Shown: positions 1 through 11,496, counted from the stretch's first letter. The stretch is 64,000 nt of DNA from an uncultured Holophagae bacterium (GCA_963754985.1 CAVWIJ010000012.1:514249-578248), one strand, 5' to 3'. The notes: generated by a model not told the origin, from the letters alone. Program-made: numbers and translations.

Positions 1-3000
1 TGCGACGACTGCCGGTATGGGGTCGCGACCTACAAGCTCGGCACGGTGCTCTTCGACCTCGGGACCGGGGCGCTGCCCAACTTCGGCACGAAGCAGTTCT
101 ACGGCACGAGCCTCGACCCGCGCGGCGCCTTCACCTTCAAGTTCGACAGCCAGCAGTACCTGATCGCCAACTACCTGCCAAACGACTGCGGCAGCGGCTA
201 CGACGCCACCCTGTACAGCTACGACGGGGTCACCAGCATCGATCCTCTCGCGTGCATCGACGTGCCCGGGTTTTCCGGCAAGTTCATCAACGGCGTCGTG
301 GTGCAGGGAGACGCCGCCACCTACCTCTACCTCGGCTTCTACGACAACTGGATCTACATCTACGAGGTGCAGGACTTCGGCAGCGCCATCAATCTCGAAT
401 TCATCGTCAAGAGCCCGATCCGCGCCTCCATGGCTCGGGGAAAGGGCCTGGCGATCGATGAGACCGCCGACCTGGCCGTGAGCTCGTTCGTCAACGACGG
501 CATGCACGTCTGGGACATCTCGAACCCGGCGAGCCCGGTCCAGAGGTCGTTCCGGGCCGGCAACCTCGGCCTGGCCGCGATGCGCTACCCCTTCGCGTGG
601 GTGGCGCAGCCCAACAACCCCAACTCGTCGATCACCTACAACATCGAGGACCCGGCGAACCCGGTCGTGCTCGACCCGAACTTCTGGGACCCGGAGCACC
701 CGTGGAACAGCCACTCCTCTGATCCCGACAACCCGTGCGAGTGGCCGACCGGCGCGGTCTTCTCGGACGACGCCACGACAATGTACCTGGCGCGCTACAA
801 CGTGACTCAGATGATCGACTTCACGGCCTGCACCGGGCCGATCCAGCCGGTCGCGGACATGAGCATCACGCCGACCCCGGCGTTCCCCGGTGACTCGGTG
901 ACGGTGACCGACACCTCGATCGGCTCGGTCGAAACCAAGACGATCTGGGTCACCAGGACTTCGGACCCGCTGGGGGGCCTGAACTGCGGCGACCTCACGC
1001 TGACGGCAGGTGATCCGAGCACTCTGATCTGTCCGATCCAGGTGGACATCCAGGCGGCCGAGGTGCGCTGGGCGCACGTGGCGGTGGCGAACGCCGACTT
1101 CCCGTGCAATCCGGCGCCGGGCGGGCTGTGCCCTGCGCAGCAGCTCGCGAGCGTAGCAAATCGTGATCGACCGCACACCTGAGGCCGTCATCACGATCGA
1201 GCCGCCCAACCCGATCACCGGCGACACCATCGACCTGCAGGGGACGGCCGAGGGGTCGCCGGGAGGGGGCACGACCGACCCTTTTGAGTGGCGGGTCTTC
1301 GACCCCGTCGGAGGCACGACCGACCTCACCGGGGCGTTCGTCAACAATTTCCCGCTCGACCAGAGCGGCGAGTGGCAGATCCGGCTGACGGTCGAACTAC
1401 GGGCACCAGGTGGAGCCTGGAGGCTCGGACCCGGATCAGGACGGGCTGTACGAGGCACGGACGTGGCAGATCCTCGACATCAGCTCGGTGGCGGCGGACT
1501 TCACGATCTTACCGGCAAGCCCGCTCAATACCCAGGCGATGACGCTCGACGGCAGCATCTCCAACTTTACGCCGGGCGCCAGCCTGTCGTGGGACTGGTC
1601 CGTGACCGGGGCGACGACCTACAACGGCTGCCCGAACAACGTCGTCTGCACGATCCCAGCCGAGACCTTGAACCCGGGCCAGCACACGATCACGCTGACC
1701 CTGACCAACACCGGCAATGGTGACGTCTCGACCAAGACGAGAGACGGTCAACGTCGGCGACGGCACGATTCAGCTCGAGTTCACGATCTCGGACAGCACG
1801 CCGGACAAGGGCCAGACCGTGTTCTTCGACATCGAGGGCGTGGCCGGCGACATCGACAGCGCGACCTGGAACTTCGGCGGGCCGGGGTGCTCGCCGTACA
1901 CCCAGAGCTACACCTGCACGCCCGATCAGCTACACCGACTGCTGTCCGCCTCCTTCCAGTACTCGACCTCCGGTACCAAGACGGTAACGCTGACCATCGT
2001 CTTCCAGGGCACCAACTTCGGCCCGGTCACCCACCAGCTCACCGTGTCGACCGCCGGCTCGTGCGACGGCGGCGGTGGCGGTGGTGGCGGCGGTGGTGGT
2101 GGCGGCGGTGGCGGCAGCTGCACCTACACCCTCAACCCGACCTCGGCCCAGGTGCCCGCGGCGGCCGGCTCGGGTCAGTTCAGCGTGCTGACGTCGCCCG
2201 GCTGCCCGTGGACGGCGCAGTCGCTCGAGGGCTGGATCACCATCACCTCGGGGGCGAGCGGGAGCGGGCCAGGGACGGTGCGCTACAGCTACACCGTGAA
2301 CGCGACCCCGGACCCGAGGGTCGGCGAGATCCAGATCGGCCGGCCGCATCTTCACCCTCACCCAGCTCGCTCTCGTGCCAACCGACTTCGCGGTCTCGGA
2401 CAGCGACGCCGGAGATCGGGGAGGAGGTGGTGTTCACGGTCGATGCGGCCTTGGTGCCGGTGAGCTGGGACTTCGGCAGTCCGGACTGCGGCTGGAACGG
2501 GCCGACCATCAGCTGCACCTCGAACCCTGCGGCGTGCCGCAACATCTCGTGGTACTTCCCGCAGTCCGGACTGTTCGACGTGACGCTCACGACAACGACT
2601 GGAACGCGCACTCGCGAGCTGTGGGTGCGCAATGTCGGGGTGTGCGACACCTGCTACGCGACGGGCGCGCCGGACCCGGCGTTCACGATGACGCCGAACC
2701 CGGTCCAGGCCGGGACCGAGGTCGAGCTTCTTCCACAGCGAGGAGCCGGTCGTCGAGGTCTGCGAGTTCGTGATCGACCCGGAAACCGCGTCGTACCCGG
2801 CCACGGGCGGCGCGGGCACGGTGCTGGTCACGACCGCCGACGAGTGTCAGTGGCTCGCGAGCACCGACCGTGACTGGATCGACATCACCTCCGACTTGCT
2901 CGGCAGCGGCTCGACCATCGTCAGCTACGCGTTGGCTGTGAACACCACTGCGGAGCCCAGGGTCGGCCACCTCTACATCGGCGGCCGCATGGTGACGATC

Positions 3001-5278
3001 AACCAGGAGGCCGGCGGCGGCATGGCAGGCGGCGGCGGAGGGGACCCGAAGATCCTGCTGCCGATCGGCCTCACCGTGAGCAACCCGAACCCCCAGATCG
3101 GCGAGGCTCGTGACCTTCGAGATCACGGGCTACGGCGGCGACGTCGAGGCCCACTGGGACTTCGGCGGCGCGGGCTGCGCCCCGTACGTCCAGACCGAGA
3201 TCTGCGAGCCGATCTACACCAGCTGCCTGGACAGCACCTACAAGTACGCCTCGGCCGGCGCCAAGACGGTGACGGTCACGGCCTACCAGCCCGGCACCAC
3301 GACCGTGATCGGTACGGCGCTCGTCAACCTGACGGTGCAGACGAGCGGCACCTGCGGCGGCTGCACCTACACGCTGTCGCCGACCTCGCGCGACTTCCCG
3401 GCGGCCGGCGGCACCGGCACCGTCAACGTGGCCACCAACGCCGGGTGCGGCTGGACGGCCGATCCCTCGCACAGCTGGATCACGATCAGCTCCGGCGGCA
3501 GCGGCACCGGCAACGGGACCGTCAACTACAGCGTCGACCGCCAACTCGGGCGTGGCGCGTCAGGGCAACATCGACGTCGAGAACCGGCTCCACACCGTCA
3601 CCCAAGCCGCGGCCGGCGGCGGTGGCGGCGGCGGTGGCGGCGGCGGCACCAACACCGAGGCGACCGAGTGGTCGTGGACGGTGACGGCTCGACGGGCAAC
3701 CGGTGCTGACCAGCAGCGAGCCCAACTTCACCCATCGCTTCACCACGGCCGGCCTCTACACCGTGGAGCTCGAGGCCGGCAACTGCTTCGACTCGGCCAC
3801 CTCGACGCAGATGCTCGAGGTGCTGCCTCCACCGCCACCGGAGGACTTCCTGGTGCCGGCGGCGGCGCACGCGCCGGGTCTCAACGAGACGGTGTGGCGG
3901 ACCGACCTCCGGATCTTCAACCCCTGCCTCGACACGGTGGACGTCACGATCGAGTACCTGCCGGAGGCGACCAACAACTCGAACACGGTCATCCACGGCC
4001 TCGAGTTCCTGCTCGAGCCCGACTCGACCCAGATCTTCGACGACATCGTCCAGCAGATCCCTGGGATCCAGGGCGACGACAACAAGGGCTCCCTGCGCTT
4101 CACCTTCGACGGCGGCAACGGCTGCACGCCGCTGATCGTGTCGCGCACCTACAACGACACGCCGGAAGGCACCTTCGGGCAGTATGTGCCGGCGGTGCCG
4201 GTGGTGCCGCTCGACCAGGGACGGGTGTTCCTGACCGGGATGGTCGACAACTTCTACTACCGCACCAATGTCGGCCTGGCCAACTTCGGCCCCGACAACG
4301 TCGGCAACATCGGGGTCACCGTCTACGACGAGTTCGGCAGCTCAGCTCGGCGACACCATCACGACCTGGGTGCCGGGCTACTCGACCCGGCAGATCGTGG
4401 AGGTCATCGAGGCGGCGGGCATCCTGACCGACGTCAACATCTTCTCGATCGCGATCGACACCAACGGCGCCGACCTGACGATGTATGCGTCGGTGGTCGA
4501 CAACCTCACCGGCGACCCGGTCTACGTCGCCCCAGCGGGAACCGAGGAGGTGACGGTCTGGATTCCGGGCATCGCCCACCTGCCGGGCGCCAACGAGTCG
4601 CTGTGGCGGTCCGACATCACCTTCCTCAACGACACCGACGGCGCCATCTCGGCCAGGGTCGACTACGTGCCCGAGGTCAGCCTCGGTTACTCGCCGTTCA
4701 TGATCATGAACATCGAGCCGGGCAACGCGCTCTACTACGTGGACATCCTCGGCGTCTCGATGCTGCCGCCGGACACCGACTCCAAGGGCTACTTCGTGGT
4801 GACCAGCCGGGGCGACTACGGGGTGCCGCACATGGTGGCGCGCACCTACAACCTGGCGCCGGACGGCGGCACCTTCGGCCAGAACCTCAAGGTCTTCGGT
4901 GAGACCGACCTGATCCACGAGGGCGAGTCCGGGTACATTCCCGGCGTCGGCAACTCGCCGTCGGATGATGCGGGCTTCCGGACCAACGTCGGCGTCCTCA
5001 ACACCGACGCCGCCGGCGGAGCGACGATCGCGTTGACGCTTTACGACCCCGCGGGAGAGGTCATCGCCTTCCTGCCCGAGTACTGGATTCCGCCCTCGAA
5101 GTTCGTGCAGTACAACATCTTCGAGGCTCTCGGAATCGGCGACATGGAGGTCCACGCGTCGATCGAGCTGCACGTCGTGTCGGGCGGGCCCGTGGCCGTC
5201 TACGCGTCGGAGATCGACAACCGGACGCAGGACCCGATCCTGGTGCCGGCGGTGGTGGCGGCGTCCCCGGGCCAGTAG
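1..5278 (+). pseudogene. Giant secreted or cell-surface repeat protein, 5'-partial, with the reading frame broken at least 10 times as assembled. It has an LVIVD-like propeller N-terminus, PKD-like and BACON-like Ig modules joined by poly-Gly linkers, and two C-terminal repeats of about 230 aa.
   Basis: The frame is open from nt 1. Protein-like signal hops between track ORFs 46..1182 (f1), 1163.. (f2), 1410.. (f3), 1717..2463 (f1), the tail of 1410..2873 (f3), 2770.. (f1), 3110.. (f2), 3552.. (f3), 3703.. (f1) and 4268..5278 (f2). Motifs: GMHVWDISNPASP (LVIVD-like); WNFGGPGCSPY, WDFGSPDCGW and WDFGGAGCAPY (PKD-like); three CTYTL(N/S)PTS...GC.WTA...WITI.SG.SG.G.GTV.Y modules (BACON-like); Gly16 and Gly11 linkers. 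Confidence 0.6.
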
Positions 5279-5301
5279 CGACTCCTCCGTTGCGAATACG
5301 A

Positions 5302-5329
5302 GGGGCGGTTTCGGCCGCCCCTTTTCTTT
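5302..5329 (+). terminator. Rho-independent terminator after the surface-protein gene
   Basis: GGGGCGG (5302-5308) pairs with CCGCCCC (5315-5321) around a 6-nt loop, followed by TTTTCTTT (5322-5329). It lies 24 nt after the stop at 5278. Confidence 0.55.
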
Positions 5330-5387
5330 CAGCGCTGCTGATCATCGGAGGGATGCGGGAAGCCCGCCTGTGGCCGTTCCCCGTTGA

Positions 5388-6888
5388 TTGGTTCACAATT
5401 CAAGCAGGATGGCCCGCGCAGCCTTCGTACCTCGTGTCCTCCCTCCGATGCTCGTTCTCATCCTGATCGGCGGCGCGGCGCTTCGCCTGTACGGGCTCAA
5501 CTTCCAGAGTCTCTGGCTGGATGAGCTCTTCTCGATGGTCCACAGTGGGTCTGATGTCTCCCTGAAGGACATGTATCGAGTCTGATGTGAGCGACGTCCA
5601 TCCCCTCGGATACCCGCTGCTGCTTCACTACTGGCTTGTACTGTTTGGCGACACGGATGTCGCAGGGCGGTCGCTCTCGGCCGTGCTCGGCATAGCCGGC
5701 ATCGCCGCAATGTACCTGGCGGGGCGCCGAGTGGGCGGTCGCGACGTTGGCCTCTGCGCGGCGTTGCTCACGGCCCTCAATGCGTATCACATCGCCTATT
5801 CGCAGGAGACGAGATCATACGCCCTGATCTTCATGATTGCCGCGCTTTCGTACAGCGCGTTGGTTGTGATGCTGCAACGTCCAGGTTGGGGCACGGCGCT
5901 GTCCTACGGCCTGACAACGTCCCTCGCGGCCCACGTTCACTACTACGCGCTCGTCATGTTCGTTGGTCAGGCGTTCGCTGCCGCGGCCGCCCTCGCGCTA
6001 CGCCGCGATCGCTGGCGCGACTGGCGGTGGAGCCTGCTCGGTACTGCAATCGTCGCCCTGTCCGTTTTGCCCTGGATAGGTCCTCTCCGGCGAGTCGCAG
6101 CGATGGACGAATACTGGCCGGAGCCGCCCGATGCGTTGTTCCTCATCGACTACTTCCAGGCATACTTCGGCGGCGACCCGATCCTCAGCATCGTCTGCGG
6201 AGCCCTGCTTGCGGCCCTTCCCTTCATCGTGCTGCGACGACCGGGAAAGGACGAAGAACGGGGCCGGCTGACGATGGTCATGGTGACATCGGTGCTCGGG
6301 GCCTCGGCCTGCGTTTCCCTCGCCTTGGCCTACGCGCGATCGGTGCTGGTCGTGCCGATGCTGATCCCGAGGTTCACGATCGTTTTCCTGCCGGCGATTC
6401 TCATCCTGATTGCCATCGCCATCGTTCACCTGCGCCCTCGGGCTCTTCGCGCGCTCGTCCTGGCAACGGTGGCCGTCCTGTCGATCGCTCACCTGGTTCG
6501 CAGCGGGTATTACACGGTGCCCCGCAAGGAGCAGTGGCGCGAGGCCACTGACTGCTTGCTGTCGGATCCGCGCTTCAACAGCCGAGCGGACGCCTGCATG
6601 TCGGTCGCAGCAGCGGGCTTTCAGCACTACGTCGACCAGCGTCTGCCGGAGTTCCGGATCGCACAGGCGTCCGTGGCGGCGCTCCGCGATGTGGTCGATG
6701 ACGACCCGGCGCCACCGGCGATTTGGCTTCTCAACGCCAGGAACCTCGATCCCGGCGAGGAGTTCAGGCGCCTGCTGCACGATCACTACGCGTGTACGGA
6801 CCAGATCAAGTTCCTCAAGACGTCGGTCGAGCGGTGGGAGCGTCGCGCGCACGCAGAGTCCGCGCCGCGTCACGAGGGGACGGATTGA
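5388..6888 (+). CDS. ArnT/PMT-like (GT39/GT83-type) membrane glycosyltransferase with one frame break
   Basis: Track ORFs 5388..5585 (f3) and 5587..6888 (f1) join into one multi-pass membrane protein. LYGLNFQSLWLDELFS, HPLGYPLLLHYWLVLFG and AYHIAYSQETRSYAL resemble this family. The frame change lies between 5566 and 5585. Confidence 0.6.
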
Positions 6889-7020
6889 GTCGTGGCCGTA
6901 CCTGGTGCGGCGTCAGCCCGGGAGTGATGGCCCGCCAGCCGACCCTGCAGCGTCTAACGCACGCTCACGTGATCACCGGCAGCGGGCCGCAGCCGTTGAA
7001 CGCCGGGGCGGCGGGGCCCC

Positions 7021-8922
7021 TCACTCGATGTAGCCGAGGGCGCGGAGCCGCTCCAGAGTCTGTCGCTGGCCGCCGACGACCAGGGAGCGCTCCGGGTTCC
7101 ACCACACGTGGACTCCCCCTGCCGGCTCGGACGCCGGCGGCTCGAACATCTCAGGGGACCGGCGCTCCGTGAGCGCTTCGATCCACTCCGGCTTCGGCGT
7201 CACACGCAGTGCTGCGGCGCAGACCGGGTAGCCCTCGGAGCAGCTGACCCGGACGGATTCGTTTGAACGTTCGATGACCATTGGGCCGACACCCCACGCC
7301 TGGACGACATCGAGCGATCCACGCACTTGCAGCACCGCGTCCACCGGCCCCCGCTGCCCCCATGCCATGACCTGTATTCCCGGCACGAAGCTCCCGGCAG
7401 TCTCGACAAATCCGCGCCCAACCGCCGGCAGCAGCTCCGCTGGGACCATGCCTGGTTCGTTCTCTCCGGGATCATCGGCCAGGTCGAAATGGAATCCACC
7501 GGAGGGCAGTGGTTGACCCTCCAGTAGTGCCGAGCCGGCTCTCGCACCGAGGTTCGGCTGGGCCGCCATTCGGAGTACAACCTTGTGGCGCCCCTCCCGC
7601 CAGGCCCAACGCAGCGGGCCCCCGCCGAAGGTCGTGCTGATCACGGGCGCCACCGACGCGCCGGCGCGCAGCGGGCGCCCGACCATCTCCGCCAGCGGGG
7701 CAACGCCGACAAGCTCGAGCAGCGTCGGTGCAAGGTCCAAGAGCTGAGTCGGGTCGCGCACCTCACCGGTGGGCACGCCGGGGCCGCGGATCAGGAGCGG
7801 CACCCGCAGGGCCTCCTGGTAGAGGTTCAAACCGTGTCCCCACGCTCCGTGCTCGCCCAACGCCTCTCCGTGGTCCGAGGTGAAGGCGACAACCGCTCGC
7901 GCGGGCAACTCTGCGAGGAAAGGAGCGAGCGCTTGGTCGACGTGCTCCACCTCGCCGGCGTACAGCCGCTGGAGCAGCGCTCGCTCCTCTGCCGTCGCCT
8001 CGCGCTGTCGCATGGCCAGCGGTGCGAGGCCGGGCGAGACGATGGTCGGGTCATCGTGGCTCCGGTAGGGATGGTGGGGGTCCATCACGTGGAGGTAGAG
8101 GAATGCATCCTCGCCGCGGTGCGCCGCGAGCCAGCTCCGAGCATGTCCCACCACCCAGCTCGCGTCGGGAGCCTCCTGATTTCCGTGGCCGTCCGGTACA
8201 AGGTAGGTCGAGAAGCCGCCCGCGAAGCCATTGAGAACATGAACCGTGTAGTTCGCCACGACCCCGGCTCCGATGAACCCGGCGTCGTCAAGCGCGCTCG
8301 CCCAGCTCCCAACGCCCTCAGGAATGGCGATCAGGTCTCCCTCGGGCAGGGTGAGGTCGAGAACCTGGCGTGACGTGAACAGCGAGGCCACCGACGGCAA
8401 CGTCCACGAGCAGTTGGCCATCGTCTCCCGCCACCTGCGGCCCGCAGCGAACGCCGACACGACTCCAGGCATCCTCTGCGGATCGACGTGATCGTCGCGG
8501 AGGGTGTCGACCACGACGAGCACCAACAGACGCGGAGCGTCGAGGGGCACGCCGATGCGAGGCGAGCCCATGACCGCGGACCGGGGAATCGAAACGGAGT
8601 ACTGCCCCTCGTCGATCGGAGCATCGATGAACCGCCGCTCGCCCGGGGCCACACTGAACGTCATCGTCGTTCGACCGGCGATCTGAACGTCAGCCGGGTC
8701 AGGCCCGAGGCCGAGGAGCTCGGATCGGAGCCGCCCGCCACGCGCCGCCACGTCCAGCCGGAGGTCAGCTCCCGACACTCCGCGCACCCACTCGGTGCCG
8801 TGGCCGTGCCATGTCCAACGGTCGGTCCAGAGCCGCTGCCAACCGCCTTTCGCACCGCCGCATGCGAGCGTCGACGCCAGGACCAGGCCGAGGAGAACTG
8901 GACTCGTCGAAGGTCGTCTCAC
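7021..8922 (-). CDS. Sulfatase-like hydrolase/transferase of the alkaline-phosphatase superfamily, exported and possibly a lipoprotein
   Basis: Intact 633-aa ORF. The N-terminal signal ends in LASTLAC. VVVDTLRDDH and NCSWTLPSVASLFTSR are typical of the family. There is no C-x-P-x-R formylglycine motif, so it is not a classical Cys-sulfatase. Confidence 0.8.
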   Translation of the reverse strand: MRRPSTSPVLLGLVLASTLACGGAKGGWQRLWTDRWTWHGHGTEWVRGVSGADLRLDVAARGGRLRSELLGLGPDPADVQIAGRTTMTFSVAPGERRFIDAPIDEGQYSVSIPRSAVMGSPRIGVPLDAPRLLVLVVVDTLRDDHVDPQRMPGVVSAFAAGRRWRETMANCSWTLPSVASLFTSRQVLDLTLPEGDLIAIPEGVGSWASALDDAGFIGAGVVANYTVHVLNGFAGGFSTYLVPDGHGNQEAPDASWVVGHARSWLAAHRGEDAFLYLHVMDPHHPYRSHDDPTIVSPGLAPLAMRQREATAEERALLQRLYAGEVEHVDQALAPFLAELPARAVVAFTSDHGEALGEHGAWGHGLNLYQEALRVPLLIRGPGVPTGEVRDPTQLLDLAPTLLELVGVAPLAEMVGRPLRAGASVAPVISTTFGGGPLRWAWREGRHKVVLRMAAQPNLGARAGSALLEGQPLPSGGFHFDLADDPGENEPGMVPAELLPAVGRGFVETAGSFVPGIQVMAWGQRGPVDAVLQVRGSLDVVQAWGVGPMVIERSNESVRVSCSEGYPVCAAALRVTPKPEWIEALTERRSPEMFEPPASEPAGGVHVWWNPERSLVVGGQRQTLERLRALGYIE

Positions 8923-9130
8923 GGTGACCGCATGATACCAGCGGCCACTGATTGGTCATCTCCCGGCGACGGACCGGGGAGTCGTCGAGCACTGCGTGCA
9001 GCAGCTGGGCCTGTGGAACCGCAGCCCACAAGATCCGTTCAGCTGCGTCGCAGTCCGGCGGGGCCCGACGAGCGACCCCCGACAGGAGGGCCCGCAGGTT
9101 GCCAAGAGGAAACCGTGTCAGATCAGTCGA

Positions 9131-9946
9131 TCAGTCCTTGCGGTCCTCGAGGGCCTGGAGCTCCACCGGGTGGAGGAAGAGCTTCGGGTCGAAGGGCCCG
9201 CGTACCGTGGCCTGCATCTTGGTGACCCGGACGTGGCCGGTGGGCGAGCCGTTGGGGTCGATGCCGTCGAGCAGCACCTGGACCGGCAGCTGCGCGCCGG
9301 ACCCGATGGGGGCCTGCTTGAGAACCCGGTAGCGAATCCCCTCGCTGCGGACGTCGCGGACCCCCGGCGGCGGCAGGAACTCGGCCGCCAGCAGCGCGCC
9401 GGTGTCCTTGTGAAGGTGGAGGTACCAGGTGGTGGCCATGCTCGGAGCGATGAAGAAGCCCTCCGGGAAGGTGACCGCCACCCGCCATGCCGGCTGACCT
9501 TCGAAGCTGGTCTCGTTGACGGCGCCGAGCCGGACGCCGTCCATGGTCGCGGTGAAGGGCAGCAGCAGCGGGAACAGGCGCTGATTGAGGGTCCCCGTGG
9601 CCATCCGCGAGCCCTGCGGCCGATCGTCCGGCACGCCGGCGCGAGTCGACCACCCGTCAGTGCCGTGGCGCGCGACCACGACCTCGCCGGGCAGCTCGAG
9701 CCGCAGATTGGTGAGCGTGCTGGCATCCACGTAGGCGGTGGCCCGCCGGTTGCGCTGGGTGCCGTCGGCGGCGGTCTCCTCCTCGGTGAGGACGATCTCG
9801 ATCACGCCGAGGTCACGAAAGGACTGCAGCCCTCCGGCGGCCTTCAGCATGCCGTCGAGAAGCGCCGCGGCCTCCGGCGGTGCGGCCGGCGAGGCTGTGG
9901 GCACCAGCAGTGCGGCGAGGACGATCAGAACAGCGCGAGCACTCAT
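9131..9946 (-). CDS. Exported hypothetical protein
   Basis: Intact 271-aa ORF with a signal peptide (MSARAVLIVLAALLVPTASPAAP) and non-repetitive protein-like composition. It lies upstream of, and on the same strand as, the sulfatase-like gene. I recognise no family. Confidence 0.55.
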   Translation of the reverse strand: MSARAVLIVLAALLVPTASPAAPPEAAALLDGMLKAAGGLQSFRDLGVIEIVLTEEETAADGTQRNRRATAYVDASTLTNLRLELPGEVVVARHGTDGWSTRAGVPDDRPQGSRMATGTLNQRLFPLLLPFTATMDGVRLGAVNETSFEGQPAWRVAVTFPEGFFIAPSMATTWYLHLHKDTGALLAAEFLPPPGVRDVRSEGIRYRVLKQAPIGSGAQLPVQVLLDGIDPNGSPTGHVRVTKMQATVRGPFDPKLFLHPVELQALEDRKD

Positions 9947-10079
9947 GTGGAAACTCCAAGACCAGCGCCAGAATGGCGCCGATAGGCGGTCGACGCGGAT
10001 TATAAAGCAACCGTCGTGCCAGCAGCGATCGAGGAGATGGACCTGCTCCGGTTGGAGGATGGCGTCACGAGCGCGCAGC

Positions 10080-10235
10080 CGGGCGCGGATCCGGCTTCGC
10101 CGGTGGCACGCCGTGACGAGAGCGGAAGCGGAGACGGCGGCGCGACGCCAGGTCCCTGGAATCCGTAGTCAACAGGGGCGCGGTGTGATTTCCGCCGGGA
10201 TTCCGGACGCGGAAGCGGGCGCGGAAGCGGAAGTG
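10080..10235. repeat. Intergenic hexamer-arm repeat element (locus R1)
   Basis: AGCGGAAGCGGAGACGG at 10121-10137 and GACGCGGAAGCGGGCGCGGAAGCGGAAGTGGG at 10206-10237. It contains the family core CGGGCGCGGAAGCGGAAG at 10216-10233. Confidence 0.6.
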
Positions 10236-10287
10236 GGCCGGGCACCCTGGCCCCTGGGCGAGAGGGGGTGGTACCGTACTGATCGCA

Positions 10288-11496
10288 ATGACTTCGGAAC
10301 TCCGCCGGGGCGCCGTGACCGCGGCCGACGTCCACAAGTGGTACCGCGTGTACGCGTCGCCCACCGAGCGCGTCAAACGGGTGCTCGGGAGGCCGAGCCG
10401 GCATCTCGAGTTCCAGGCGCTCGACGGCGTCTCCTTCGCGGTGGAGCCGGGGACCGCGCTGGGCATCGTCGGCGAGAACGGCGCCGGCAAGAGCACGCTG
10501 CTCAAGCTGATCGCCGGCACCACGCTGCCGACCGCCGGCCGCGTCGAGGTGGGAGGGGTGGTGGCGGCGATCCTCGAGCTCGGCGCCGCCTTCCACTCGG
10601 AGTTCTCGGGGCGCGACAACGCGATCCTCTACGGCGCGCTGCTCGGCCTCGACCGCCAGGAAATGGAGCGACGGCTGCCGTCGATCTTCGACTTCGCGGA
10701 GCTCGGCGAGTTCATCAACCACCCGATCCGGAGCTACTCCACCGGCATGGTGATGCGGCTGGCCTTCGCCGTCGCGACCGGGGTCGACGCCGACGTGCTG
10801 GTGGTGGACGAGGCGCTCGCCGTCGGCGACGGCTACTTCCAGAAGAAGTGCGTCGACCGCATTCGCGAGATCCACGGCCGGGGCACCACCATCCTGTTCT
10901 GCTCGCACTCGATGTACTACGTGACGATGTTCTGCGAGCGCGCGCTGTGGTTGGCGGGCGGCCGACTGCAGCGGATCGGTCCGGCCAAGGAGGTGGTCGA
11001 GGCCTACGAAGAGCACCTGCTTCTTCGCGACAAGCGGAGGCTGGACCGCGGCGCTGCCGCGCCCGCGCAGGCCGCACCGGTCGCCAAGGTCGGTCGGGTG
11101 GCCGCGGTCCGGCTCGCCGGCCGCGACGGCGAGACCCCGCTCGAGCTCGCGCCGGGCGGGATGCTCGATCTCGAGATCGAGGTCGAAAGCTCGCGGCGCG
11201 AGGAGCGCTTCCATGTCGCCGCGGCGCTCGACACCCTGGACGGCCGCTGCGTGCTCGGGGTGTCGACGGCGTGGGACGGCCAGCCGCCGCTCGAAGGGCG
11301 GGATCGCTACCGGATCGCGCTGACCGTCCCCGCGCTGCCGGTGGCCTCCGGCACCTTCCACCTCTCGGTCTTTCTGCTCGACGAGAGCGGCCTGGCCGTG
11401 CACGACCAGATGGTCGCTACCAACGCGGTGCGGGTGACGGCGCCGTCGTGGACGCCGTCGCTGATCGAGGTGGCGCATCACTGGGAGCGGCGGTGA
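10288..11496 (+). CDS. wzt: Polysaccharide/O-antigen ABC exporter ATP-binding protein (Wzt/TagH type) with a C-terminal glycan-binding-like domain
   Basis: Intact 402-aa ORF. Walker A is GENGAGKSTLLK, the signature is YSTGMVMRLAF and Walker B is VLVVDEALAVGD. The family motif AILELGAAFHSEFSGRDN is present, and a roughly 150-aa C-terminal extension resembles Wzt_C. Confidence 0.85.
   Translation: MTSELRRGAVTAADVHKWYRVYASPTERVKRVLGRPSRHLEFQALDGVSFAVEPGTALGIVGENGAGKSTLLKLIAGTTLPTAGRVEVGGVVAAILELGAAFHSEFSGRDNAILYGALLGLDRQEMERRLPSIFDFAELGEFINHPIRSYSTGMVMRLAFAVATGVDADVLVVDEALAVGDGYFQKKCVDRIREIHGRGTTILFCSHSMYYVTMFCERALWLAGGRLQRIGPAKEVVEAYEEHLLLRDKRRLDRGAAAPAQAAPVAKVGRVAAVRLAGRDGETPLELAPGGMLDLEIEVESSRREERFHVAAALDTLDGRCVLGVSTAWDGQPPLEGRDRYRIALTVPALPVASGTFHLSVFLLDESGLAVHDQMVATNAVRVTAPSWTPSLIEVAHHWERR

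Noticed and set aside
9947-10287. Search for a wzm permease gene upstream of wzt, and for ccmH/ccmG downstream of ccmF (46827-47121)
   Set aside because: Both spacers contain only repeat-family sequence and no plausible membrane-protein ORF in any frame.
10000-11481. Long antisense or overlapping ORFs from the track, for example 10000..11481(-), 14557..16143(-), 25262..26608(-), 43607..45763(-), 9738..11822(+) and 11845..12804(-)
   Set aside because: They lie opposite or out of frame to genes with clear family motifs. They are dominated by Arg/Pro/Gly/Ala as expected for stop-poor frames in roughly 70% GC DNA, and they carry no recognisable motifs.
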